64,000 bases of DNA from the human T2T-CHM13v2.0 reference genome, Homo sapiens. Numbering within the stretch: position 1 is the stretch's first letter; each line of letters opens with the position of its first letter. Of this stretch, positions 1 through 14,489 are shown one piece after another. The position numbers and the translations under genes are program-made. The notes below the pieces were generated by a model, which worked only from the letters and a program-made list of their open reading frames with translations, made no database searches and had not been told where the DNA came from. The stretch lies in the NCBI RefSeq assembly GCF_009914755.1, contig NC_060931.1. The stretch is one strand, 5' to 3'.

Positions 1-1267
1 AACACAAATGAAATAAGAGACGTTAAGCAGTTTATGGCATTTTTATACACAGGGGGAGTAGCTCTGTTTCAATCGAATATGTGATAGATTATTTCTTTTT
101 AAAATTGAAAAGTCGATTTTTTTTAATTCTATAAAAGTGGTATAAGTTTACAGAAGAGAAAAATACTAATGATATAGGAGTTTAGAAAAAAATTCCACCC
201 TCAATCCTCTTCCCAGATATTACCATTGACAATTATAATCGTCTTCATTCAAATCTTTGTATGCACATATCAGCTTTGTTTGTGTGTTTTTTTTTTAACT
301 ATTGTTGTTTTTAGTGAGGAGTGGCAGGGTTATTTGTACATTGTTTACATAAGTGATACTCTTCTGTAATCTCCCAAAAAGAGGCACATGGTTGAAATTA
401 CATAGAAGAAGTTGGTGAAACACAAAAACTAATAGTCAGCTCAGGATTTACCTACCTCATTAAGCTTTACCTGACTCTCACTTCTCTCTCTACTCTCTTC
501 TGCCCATGTTGGGGAGGCACCTTCCTCATGCTTCCATAGTATCACACACATATATGCATCGTTATCATCGTATCCTTCCACACTTTTTAATTATTATATT
601 TTGTATGTAGCATCTCCCACTAGAATCTAAGCATCCAAACAAGGTGCAGTACCTAAAAGAGCTCACTGCCATTTAGGGGCGGAGCAATCACAGAGCTGCA
701 GAAGACATTATGAGAAGCCATACATACAGCATGCATTTTTAAATGACGTCAGCTTGCAAATTGATACTCTTTGATCACACTTGTTTAATCAATTGCAATT
801 TCTTATAGTTATGATCACACTTAGTCTTCATTTTTCACTCTTTCTCTCAAATATATTACGAGAAACACAATAGTACATGTTCCTGATTTGCCAAGCTAGT
901 AAATTCACCTTAAAAAGGAAATGAGTTGAAGTTGGCGTGACTGTTCTTACTAAAACCATGATTACGTTTTCCACACTACAGCAAAATCCCCAGTTCCTTG
1001 GATAGTCAGGGAGCAAAGAAAGGTGGCAGGCCCTGTAATCACAAGGCCCCTGCAAAACAGTTTTCTTTCAATCTAGAAGCAAGAAAAGCTAAGGTAGTTA
1101 ATCCTTCTCCTGATCACAACACAGGGACATAAAGAAAAGGCATGCCTCAGTGACAGAAAGCTGCAGCGGGCATTTTTACAGAGTGTCTGAGCACTTCCAT
1201 AATCTCTAGCCTGCCGTAGGGCTGTGCCATACTTATAGAAGCAGGGACTGCCCAGGAAGTTTGATGG

Positions 1268-1422
1268 AAGTAATGGAATTGCTGGGTTGAATGGTAGCTC
1301 TGTTTTAAGATCTTTAAGAAATCTCCAAACTGCTTTCCAGAGTGGCCGGACTAATTTATATTTCCACCAACAGTGCATCAGCTTTCCCTTTTCTCTGCAG
1401 CCTTGCCAGCATCTGTTATTTT
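1268..1422 (-). mobile_element. L1 fragment (ORF2 C-terminal region, old L1PA/L1PB-like)
   Basis: Minus-strand translation HCWWKYKLVRPLWKAVWRFLKDLKTELPFNPAIPLL matches the L1 ORF2 C-terminus. Confidence 0.85.
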
Positions 1423-1427
1423 TTAAT

Positions 1428-1678
1428 TAGGTGGACTTTGAGTAAATCAGATTGCCCTACATAATGTTAGCAGTCCTTAAACAATCAGTGGAAGGACTAA
1501 ATGCTACACAAAGTACAGCATCTCCAAGCAAGAGGTACTTTTCCAGCAGACTACCTTTGGACCTTATCTGACTGTTAGCTATCCTAGGTCTCCAGCCTAC
1601 CAATACACACTAAAGATTTTGAAGCTTGCCTGACTCCATAATCGCATGAGTGATCATGGAGGCTTAAAATAAATTGGG

Positions 1679-1720
<42 letters not shown>

Positions 1721-1757
1721 ATCCTATTGGCTCTGTTTCACTGGATAATCCTAATAA
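1428..1757 (+). mobile_element. MLT2-type (ERVL) LTR fragment
   Basis: GGTGGACTTTGAGTAAATCAGATTGCCCT...CATCCTATTGGCTCTGTTTC...CCTAATA resembles MLT2, including the usual dinucleotide tract near the 3' end. Confidence 0.7.
1680..1718. repeat. (TG)n microsatellite, ~19 units
   Basis: Direct reading. Confidence 0.97.
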
Positions 1758-2438
1758 AGGAGTCTAAAGAAGTACCTATGTCACATACACCTGCTTCCAA
1801 TTAACAATTTAATAAAGTACACATAATGTATTCACATTCATACACATATATAGTCTTTCTTAAATAATTTTTTCTATTGTCAAGTTTATACATACAATAT
1901 TGTTCAACATAAATACTTTAACCAAACGGGCCTTGATCACAAATGTAGTCACCAAGTTGCTTCCCAGGGTTGGTAGGCTCTCTGAGAGCTCCCAGTGAGT
2001 GCTGTCTTAAAAATGCTCTTTCTTTCCAGCTATATCTCATGTCACAACTGCGCCTGTATACCCTCTGTTCTTTTGTGTAGGTTTACAATTTATCTTTAGA
2101 CATGGCAAGATTAGTATGTACATATTTTTATCCTAGAGAAAAGAAAAAAAAATCCAGATGCTTAGATTTTGTCTAGAGGCTTAGATTTTTAGACTTATAG
2201 GTTTTCCATGTTTATGTATTCCAGAGTTCTAAATTTTTAGGGGATCAATTGTACTAGATTTTCTGATGTCAAATCAGCATTACTGCCATCTGTCCTGAAA
2301 CACCCTTGCTCAGAATTCCCTTCCCAGTGTAACTCCAGATTATAGTATATCAATCAGTGGCACTCACTTTGGAAGGCAGAAGAAAAAGAGAAATCCATTT
2401 TTGCTGTTAGCAGTTGCAGAATTACCCACATTGACACC

Positions 2439-2605
2439 TGTGTTAGTCAACTCTAGCTGCCATAACAAAATACCAGAGTGGGTGATTTAAACAACAGAAA
2501 AAATATTTTCTCATGTTTATGGATAGTAGCAGTCCAAAATAAAGGTGTCAGCATGTTTGGTTTCTTCTGAGGCCTCTGTTTTTGGCTTATAGATGACCAC
2601 CTTCA
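2439..2605 (-). mobile_element. MLT1 (MaLR) LTR fragment
   Basis: TGTGTTAGTC...GCTGCCATAACAAAATACCA...TTTAAACAACAGAAA...GGTTTCTTCTGAGGCCTCT is typical antisense MLT1. Confidence 0.75.
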
Positions 2606-2625
2606 TAACGTTGCTTTGCATACCT

Positions 2626-3095
2626 TGTGTGTTGCTGAGTGTGAAGCTGGTTCACCATGCACCAGTTACCAATCTGTAGTTTCTACCATTTGTATGAATC
2701 TGATGAGAGATAATATTCACACATAAGGTAAGCAAAGCAACTTTATTACTCGTAGACAGCCAGGAACAACAGAAGGCTGGAATTTGTGGTGAGCCAGTCC
2801 CTCAAGCCTCCCGAAAGCTGTCCAAGATGGATGGACTCTTTCCTGTACATGCTCCCCTTTGCACTACAGTTGAGGGACCCTGAAAGCAATACACTCTGGG
2901 TTTTATACCCTAGATATCACTTGGCTTGCCGAGCAAAGGTGTTTCAGGATATCCTATTCTAAGAAGGATGCGCACAGAGCACAGGCCATTCCGGACATTT
3001 CTTCCTTATCTCAGGATCTTGTATTCCCAGCACATTATAGTAATTTTTGAGAACTACAAGTGAGGAAAAAAAAAGGAGAGCTGTAGTCCATCAAG
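2626..3095 (-). mobile_element. Probable ERV solo LTR, family not assigned
   Basis: Minus-strand AATAAA (CTTTATT ~2741) and TATA-like box (TTTTATACCC ~2901) in LTR order; it interrupts the MLT1 fragment. Confidence 0.45.
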
Positions 3096-3809
3096 GGATG
3101 ATCCTGCTGGGATATAGGATAGACATATGATCAACTTGAGGGGATACTCCTAAAATGTTTTTCCAAAGTACATGCAAAAATGTTACTCCTGCCAGGATTG
3201 TATGAGAATTTTTAAACGTTGCCTTCCTGGTGACTATTCCTTTCTCTTTTAACTACCACTTTATAATTTTCAGACAATTCAGCAACCCTTCTTCATCATG
3301 TCCATATCTTGGCACTAAAGTGGGCTCCAACTACGATGCCAGATGGGGACATTTTTTAACCAGCTGTGAAATATTTCATCAATAGGAAATTGTTTTTAAA
3401 GAATGTTGATGTGATAAGTAGTGAATCATTAAGTAGCTACAGATAACTTAGAAACCAATAACTCAACTCATTATGATGCAAATTATTGAGATTTTATTCA
3501 CTGACAATTTGCAATGTCCTGCTTGATTATTAATAGATTTTTCTCCTTTCTACATATTCTTGGGAATTGATTGATCTTTCTTTTATTAAAGAGTCCCATT
3601 CTTTAATTTAATTTTCTATTTTATTCCCAAAGAACAACTGCATTTCTCACTTAAGTATGTGTTACTGAATATATTATTTTGTCTGCAATTCTTAATTTAA
3701 TAATAATTCTTATATATCCATAGCACTTTCGCATTACTAGGTTTAAAGGGAATTTTAATTATCATTGCACAGGGGTTATAACTGTCCTACGATGAAATTT
3801 GGTAATGTA

Positions 3810-3925
3810 GCAATCATAATAGTTACCATTTATTGAAAGCACAAGTGTCAGGCACTGTACTGGACATTTTACTTACACTATCCTGATTAATTATCATAAC
3901 AGTCGTGAAATGTAGATAGTAAATC
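3810..3925 (-). mobile_element. MIR fragment
   Basis: AATAGTTACCATTTATTGA...GTGTCAGGCACTGTACT resembles antisense MIR. Confidence 0.6.
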
Positions 3926-4285
3926 AATCAGAGGTTAATTTTTTTCTGGCCAATTTCTGTTCTTTATTCTTTTACAGACCTCGTTGCAGAACCTAGCACT
4001 GCTTTGAATTTTCCAGTAAAAAAAATCACCTCATCAAAAAAACTATTGAGCATATAGATTTTAGTAAAGGTGTCATTGAGGAGAGAGAAGAGAATTTGGC
4101 TACTTCACAGGCAGTTTCATTTGTCTCATCTTTTTTCCTGATCTGCCTGACTCAGTATATTACTGTTTCCCCCTCTCTTCTCTCTCAATCACCTTGATTA
4201 TGAAACGTAATGTCCTTTTTCCACTGGAATCCTGAGCCCCATTTTTGGATTTTTATCTATGATTCAGTAATCTAATCAAAATCTC

Positions 4286-4288
<3 letters not shown>

Positions 4289-4325
<37 letters not shown>
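4289..4325. repeat. (AT)n microsatellite at an L1 tail
   Basis: Direct reading. Confidence 0.95.
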
Positions 4326-4326
<1 letters not shown>

Positions 4327-4772
4327 TTATTTATTTAAATTCAACTTTTATTTTAGATACAGGGGTACATGTGCAGGTTTGTTACATGGGAATATTGAGT
4401 GATACTGAGGTTTGTAGCACAAATCCCGTCACCCTGGTAGTAAACATAGTACCCAATAGGTAGTTTTTTTAAACCACCCCTGACCTCTAGTAGTCCACAG
4501 TGTCTATTATTTCCATATTTATGTACACGAGTGCTTAATGTTTAGCCCCTACTTGTGAGAACACGTGGTATTTGGTTTTCTGTTCCTTTGTTCATTTGCT
4601 TAGGATAATGGCCTCTAGCTGCATCCATGTTGCTGCAAAGGACATGATTTCATTCTTTTTTTATGGATGTATAGTGTTCCATAGTGTATATGTACCACAT
4701 TTTCTTTATCCAGTCTACCATTGATGGAAACCTGGGCTGATTCCATGCCTTTGCTATTGTGAATAGCACAGC
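4327..4772 (-). mobile_element. L1 3' end (L1PA15/16- or L1PB-like), 5'-truncated
   Basis: TTTTAGATACAGGGGTACATGTGCAGGTTTGTTACATGGG...CATCCATGTTGCTGCAAAGGACATGATTTCATTC is antisense L1 3'UTR/ORF2 end. Confidence 0.85.
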
Positions 4773-4936
4773 AAACTTCTTACCAGCTACTGAAAAAATA
4801 AAAATTCTTCATCTTGTTAGCCATAAATTTCTAATTTAACTGTAAGTAAACTAAGTTTCAAAGATATAAAATTGCCTGCTTTAGGCTACCTATGTGTCAA
4901 ATAGCTGCACCAGGAATCAAATCTAGGATGGTATGA

Positions 4937-5261
<325 letters not shown>

Positions 5262-6319
5262 ACCATTATATTTTTGTCTGTTTTAAAATAAGGACTTTCA
5301 AAACTCCAGAAAATTTTCTAAGCGTACAAGTTCTTGGTTGATTCACTTTCTAGTTCTTCTCCAATCCTGAATCACTGTGGAACAACTTGTTTATAAAGAG
5401 TGCATTTTATTCTAACCCTTACACCCAAGGCAAGACAGACATTGTGCACCAGTAGGCAGCTATCTAGGAAAGCTCAGAGTTGTCACTGCATGTTTAAGTG
5501 ACCAGTTCTCAAGGTAAGTAGAGGTCAGAAGGGTTTCCAAACAGCAAGAAAAAAAAAACAACCTTACAATAGAAGGAATAACCTAAAAGCCAGTGCTATA
5601 TGTAGATGATGTTGTCCACAGCTTTCAGGCTATGGTTCAGAGAGATCATAAATCCAGTCTTTCTCACTTTCTTCTTTAGGATACCTCAGTAAAGGAGATG
5701 AAGCATTCATTCCACAACTAAAGATTAGGATTAAACCTACATAACCTATGCCAGGTGGGATTCATTGGCTGATAATCATGGTCAAAATCGCCTAGTCCAT
5801 AAACATAAAATTCCTGTTCCTTTCTGGAGAGTACACAGTATAAAAACTGGTAGTAAGATTGGACAGCTAAGTACCCAAGAGCCCTATTTGTTTTAGTGTC
5901 ACATGGGTTAGAATAAATGTAAACTAAAAAATCATGGAGTGTGGGTGTTGGAAAGGACCTTAGGCCTCCACTAATTTAGGGATCCTGAATGAGTATGTAT
6001 CCATATCAAGGTGGGGTGGATCCACATGTAGTATGGAAAAAGCTCACTTAAGATCACAAATTCTTAGCTACTGTTTTAATCATTCAAGCTTAGAAAGTAA
6101 AACTGTCTTGAACTAGAGTTTGGTAGAGCCAAATGGCATGATCTTCAGAACAGTGTACAATCTTACCAAATAAAGGCAAGGGTTTTTTTTTTTTAAAGAT
6201 TAGGAAATAACAATATGTTTAATCACCCTCAGTTTTATAGATGAAAAGTTGAAGTTTATAAAAGTTAAAGAAGAATCAAAATAAAAACGTGGCTACTTCT
6301 TCAGCCTGTTAATTTATAT

Positions 6320-6867
6320 TATTATATAATAAATTATCCCAAGTGTTGCAGCTGGAAACATTGCACATTTATTTTCTCAGTTTTTTTTTATGGATTGGCA
6401 ATCTGGGCATGGCTTAGCTGGATTCTCTGCAAGTCTGTAATCAAAGTTATCAGCTAGGGCTCGGTTCTCCTTTGTAGACTTGACTGGGGAAAGATCTGTT
6501 TCCAGCTGCCTCCAGTTGTTTGCAGAATTCATCTCCTTGTGGTTGTAGGATGGAAGTCCCCATTTTCATGCTGGCTTTTTGGTGCTGAGGAGTGTTCCCA
6601 GCTCCTGAAGGCCACACGTAAGTTCTTGCCATACAGCCCTCTCACAACACAGCAGTATATTTCAACAGCCAGCAAGGGAGAAAAGTCCCTCTCCAGTCAG
6701 CTAAAATGGGCTCATAATGAAACATAATCAGGGAGTAGCACTCCATCACCTTTGCCTTATTGACTTGGTTGGAAAAAGTCACAGTTCTCTCCACCCCCAC
6801 ACATTCAAGGATGAGGAATACACAAAAGCTATAGGGCACTGGGGATTGACTTAGGGTACGTCTGTCA
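6320..6867 (-). mobile_element. MLT1 (MaLR) LTR
   Basis: ATCTGGGCATGGCTTAGCTGG...GGGGAAAGATCTGTTTCCAGCT...GCAGAATTCATCTCCTTGTGGTTGTAGGA resembles antisense MLT1D/E/F. Confidence 0.7.
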
Positions 6868-7119
6868 AGTCACAGATAATTTTAAGAGTTTAGAGAGAAA
6901 TTGAGATCTTCTTCCTTCACATGCTACCTTGGACTACACTGCTAAGGTGGGCAAAAAATCATAACTCTTTCCTCTGTGGTTGTTACGACTGCTCTCTGAG
7001 CTGAGCAGAGACAAGTGGAGGGGAAAGAGATGCTCTCCAAGTGAAGAGGAAGATTGCCATTTGGAGAAGTAAACGCACTGAAAACAATACAGAAATGTAG
7101 GGGCATAAGCCACCTACGC

Positions 7120-7176
7120 ACCACTCTAGGACATACCACTCTAGGACACACCACTCTACACACCACTCTAGGACAG
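7120..7176. repeat. 15-bp minisatellite, 4 units (ACCACTCTAGGACAN; third unit lacks GGA)
   Basis: Units at 7120, 7135, 7150 (12 bp) and 7162. Confidence 0.9.
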
Positions 7177-7397
7177 ATAAGCAATGAAATATGAAGATGT
7201 TTATGCCCCAGAGCTATTTCTAAGAATATAGGAACCATAGCAATGCATGAAACCACACACTGATAATGCAATTGATAAGGCAATTGATTTAACAACAGAA
7301 TTGCTAACTATTATAAAACTGGAAATTCAGGCAAGTCTATTGCATATCTAACCACCTTTGATACATCTTCTGCACATGCTCCACTCTGGGAAAACAT

Positions 7398-7434
7398 TAT
7401 ATACATATATATATATAAAAATATATATATATAA

Positions 7435-7466
<32 letters not shown>

Positions 7467-7492
7467 CCACACACACAACATACACACACACA
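7398..7492. repeat. Compound (TA)n(CA)n microsatellite
   Basis: Direct reading. Confidence 0.9.
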
Positions 7493-7954
7493 ATGTAAAG
7501 TAACAATGCTCCATAAATTTATTGTTATAAAAAAGAAAATCCCTTTGATAGCCCTTCTCCTTCGTTAAAATATAATCTCTTTTCTTTCTAAAAATCTTTA
7601 CCATTTTCTCTGCACATCTGGGTCCAAAATTACTTCCTCCATAAATCTTTATTTGCTAAACCCTGTTGAAAAATAAGCATGGAGTACTAATTGTCTAAGG
7701 AATTTAAAAATATGCCTGAAGCCATCCTGGTGGCTAAGAAAAGGCTCATTTGTGGCTTCATTTGCCTATGTATTAAAAAGCAACACTCCCCTAAAAAGTG
7801 AGACAGGCCTGTCATAGGTTAGAATTGAAGCTGAAATTCTCAGAAATATGAACAAGTCATATCCAAAATGGGCTGCCTATAGCAAAGAAGTGAGACAAGC
7901 AGTTGGAGGACAAAAGAAGAAAATGTTAGAATGTGTTTTTAAAATATAAAAATA

Positions 7955-8435
7955 TAATCATTCCTAGTTTTGGATTAAAAGTGAAAGGTGTGCAACTCTT
8001 CCTTTCACGCGAACACTTCAGGGTCATTGTGGGGTTATAAATGGCCTAATTTCAATAATGTTGTTTCACAGAGGATAGGGAATTCAGAGGAGAGGGAGAG
8101 GGTAGTCAGTGGAGCAGTCAGAAGACACCCATTTATCGATTAAGTTTCATTACATTCACCACCTTGGATAGGCTCTGTTCATGATGCTCCAATCACAATA
8201 GTAACATCAAGCTCACTGATCACAGATCACCATAACTGACATAATAATAATAAAAGTTTGAAACATTGCAAGAATTATCAAAATGTGTCACAAAGACACA
8301 AAGTGAGCACATGCTATCAGAAAAATTGTTCTCATAGACTTGCATGATGCATGGTTATTACAAACCTTCAAACTATAAAAAATGCAGTATCTGTGAAGCA
8401 CAATAAAGTGAAGTACAATAAAATGAGCTATGCCT
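7955..8435 (-). mobile_element. Tigger1 DNA transposon terminal fragment
   Basis: Ends in GCAGTATCTGTGAAGCACAATAAAGTGAAGTACAATAAAATGAGCTATGCCT, the reverse complement of the Tigger1 terminus; internal CACTGATCACAGATCACCATAAC. Confidence 0.85.
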
Positions 8436-11400
8436 TTCTTCTTTTTGTTGCAATAGTCACAACTGGGCCCACAATATATCCAAGGTATTCCTATAATTAA
8501 GAAGACTTCTCAAAATATGGATCCATGTCCACCATTGCTAACGCTGTAACTAACTCTATATGAATATTACACCTGTAGGTATCAGTGCATGAGAATTTGA
8601 TGCCATCTTTGATTTGTTCTTTTTGTCTTTTTAAGTATCTTTTTCATAAATGACAGTCATTTAATCTAATATGGAAATAAACTCAACTTAGGACCCCTTC
8701 TTTGATCCATTGTGTTACAAATTTTAAATTATGACATAAGCCAAAGTTTTCAACAATCAAAAGAAAATTTAATCACATTGTTCACTAAAACCTATCATTA
8801 ATTAAAATAGTTTAGTGAAAGAAAAAAGTTTTTAAACAGCCAAAATTAAAATAAATCTATCCTAAACATTTTTATCATCTTCTGTATTTTTATCTGACAA
8901 TAATATACATAATATGTCAGAATGTAGTAACGTATATAACTGACAAGTAAATATAGGTTTCGTAGAGCTTAGAACTCAAAATTTTGAAATCTCGTGGTTC
9001 AGAATCTTGCTTGTTACGTGAGCATCTACTTGTAAAGGGTATTTTTTGGCTTCCTTACATTACATAAACAGAATTTATTAAACTATGCTCCTCAATAAGT
9101 TAACCTTTCATTTGGAAAAAGAAGGCGGAATTTAATAAGTCAAACCAGTTTTGTTATTCTTTAATCTAGACATGTCAAGGCCACCAATATGCTAACATGT
9201 TGAGTGTATCTCCAAGTGGAGGATTGACCATGCTTCATTTCCTAGTTTTATTAGTCCAGAAACTCTATTTTCACAAGCAATCTCATGTAATTGGCATTCC
9301 AAATAACACATTCTAGAAGACACTGGAAAATACACTTTGATTTTACTTATTTGTTTATAGGAACTAATAAATATTTCTGTAGTTCTAATCCTTAGCTAAA
9401 TGATAATGAAAGTAAACCCAAGCTATGTAGCTTCTCTGTCTACTTTGTAAATTAAATAACCTTTCCTCCAGTAAACCTCTCTTTACCTATGTTTAAACTG
9501 TTTAAACTCCTAATTGTTCCAATCTACCAAGTTCTTCCATCACTTTTTCTCTTCTCTGATTATGAGCCTCTTATCATCTCATTTTTAACACCTTTCTTTC
9601 TTCTACTACATTCAATTTATACCTGCATACTGTCCTGCTGCTTCATGACTAGACTATGGCTAAAGTATTTATTATCTAATAAAATAACTCATAATTATTT
9701 CTAGATGTTATGAACTTCTTTATAGTTGCTCTCAAGCCTCAGATCTAGAAAGACAGGCTAAACTAAAATCGGGAGATTAAAAATATATGGAAGCAGAGAG
9801 CAAGTAACTTTAGGTAAGAGTCCAAGATAGAGCCTATAATCAATCCAAACATGCCAGAAACATGTTTTACTGCGGAGCTGGTCGTACAGTGTGGGTAGGG
9901 CCTTAGGAACCTAAACACAAGTCTTGTTAAGAAAGATGCATTTTCATAAAGTCTGTAATAACATAACTCAGTGGAGTGAGTAATATTGTAATTTAAGCCA
10001 ATATGGCAGTATCAAGTGCGAAAGCGGCTTCAGAGCCAAGCTTGGGTAGTGGGTTCCTTAAGGTTATTTCAAATCCTGATAAAGAGGCAGCTGCTTCATT
10101 GAATGTTTATGGCTGGCTTTGAATTTCCGCTCCAGAGCTCTGCCACCTGGATCTCACAGTCCATTTTTCAGTGAGTTCTCAATATATGATGGCCACAAGC
10201 CAGATGGGTCTGTCAGCTGTTGTGACTCAATAACAATCCAATGCTCTGCTGTTGTGGGATTGTGAGCTCTTAGGTGTGATGCATGGATGGAAGTTCCCAG
10301 GCCACAGTTCTGGAAAACCTCACACAAACTCAGAAAGGCTATGCCATCTGATGATCTAGCAAAGTAACAAGTTTTGCATCAACAGGACTAGCATGTTGTC
10401 TCAAAACTAGTGAATGAACAATGTTAATCATGGTACAAAATGCAATATTGTTCAAAGTTAAAAACATGTGTCGAAGTCCAACAGAAAATAACTGTTATTA
10501 TGAATGTAGTTAAACCATTGTGGGTAAAATTTCAAAGCAACAAAAGCGTGTTCAGCTCCCTAATTCCCATAAATCCTTTGAAAATATACTCCTTACTCAA
10601 TAATTTTGTAATATGAAATAAATAGCAAACTTGATTTATAGGCTTCTCTACATTTTTTGTTGTCAGCTATATCCCACTTTCTCAGCTGATGGGAATTAAT
10701 TCATAGCAGAAACACTTGGTGTACATTTCTTGTGCTCAGTGGTGGGCTTTGATGTCAGAAGCTCTGAATTTTCACAGCTTTAGGGTTCTGTTCAGTTTGA
10801 GCCTGAACATTTATTTGAAAGAAACTTACACCGGATAAATTTATTTATTATTTTAGGAATAAATTTTGTTGTGTACATTTGAAGTTTACAACACGATGTT
10901 ATGGGATACCTATAGATATTAAAATGGCTAACTACAGTGAAGCAAATTAGCATATCTATCATCTCACAGAGTTAATTTCTTTTATGTGACAGAAGCAGCT
11001 AAAATCTACTTTTTTAACAAAAAAATCCTGGTACAATACAACCTCATTAACTATAGTCCTCATGTTGTTCATTGTATTTCTAGACTGGTTCATTCTACAC
11101 ATCTGCTATTTTGCTATCCTTTAACCTATGTCTCTCCATTTCCTACCCCTCACCCCCACCCATGGTGACTGATGTTTTATTTTGTATCTCTGTATATTTT
11201 ACATATATATATATATATTCAGTTCTGGGATACATGTGCAGAACTTGCAGGTTTGTTACATAGGTATACATGTGCCATGGTGGTCCACTGCACCCATCAT
11301 CCCGTCATCTACATTAGGTATTTCTCCTAATGCTATCCCTCCCCTTTCCTCCCACCCCACAACAGGCCCCCGTGTGTGATGTTCGCCTCCCTGTGCCCAC

Positions 11401-12015
11401 ATGTTCTCATTGTTCATCTCCCAATTATGAGTGAGAACATGTGGTGTTTGATTTTCTGTTCCAGTGTTAGCTTGCTGAGAATGATGGTTTCCAGTTTCAC
11501 CTATGTCCCTGCAAAGAACATGAACTCATTCTTTTTTATGGCTGCATAGTATTCCATGATGTATATGTGCCACATTTTCTTTATCCAGTCTATCATTGAT
11601 GGGCATTTGGGTTGGTTCAAAGTCTTTGCTATTGTGAATAGAGCTGCAATAAACATATGTGTGCATGTGTCCTTATAATATAATAATTTATAATCCTTTG
11701 GGTATATACCCAGTAATGGGATGGCTGGGTCAAATGGTATTTCTAGTTCTAGATCCCTGAAGATTCGCCACACTGTCTTCCACAATGGTTGAACTATTTT
11801 ACACTCCCACCAACAGTGTAAAAGCGTTCCTATTTCTCCACATCGTCTCCAGCATCTGTTGTTTCCTGACATTGTAATGATTGCCATTCTAACTAGGGTG
11901 AGATGGTATCTCATTGTGGTTTTGATTTGCATTTCTCTAATGACCAGGGATGATTAGCTTTTTCCCATATGTTTGTTGGCTGCATAAACATCTTCTTTTG
12001 AAAAGTGTCTGTTCA

Positions 12016-14489
<2,474 letters not shown>

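Noticed and set aside
7120-7176. CRISPR-like repeat array
   Set aside because: Units are directly adjacent with no unique spacers, and the DNA is primate
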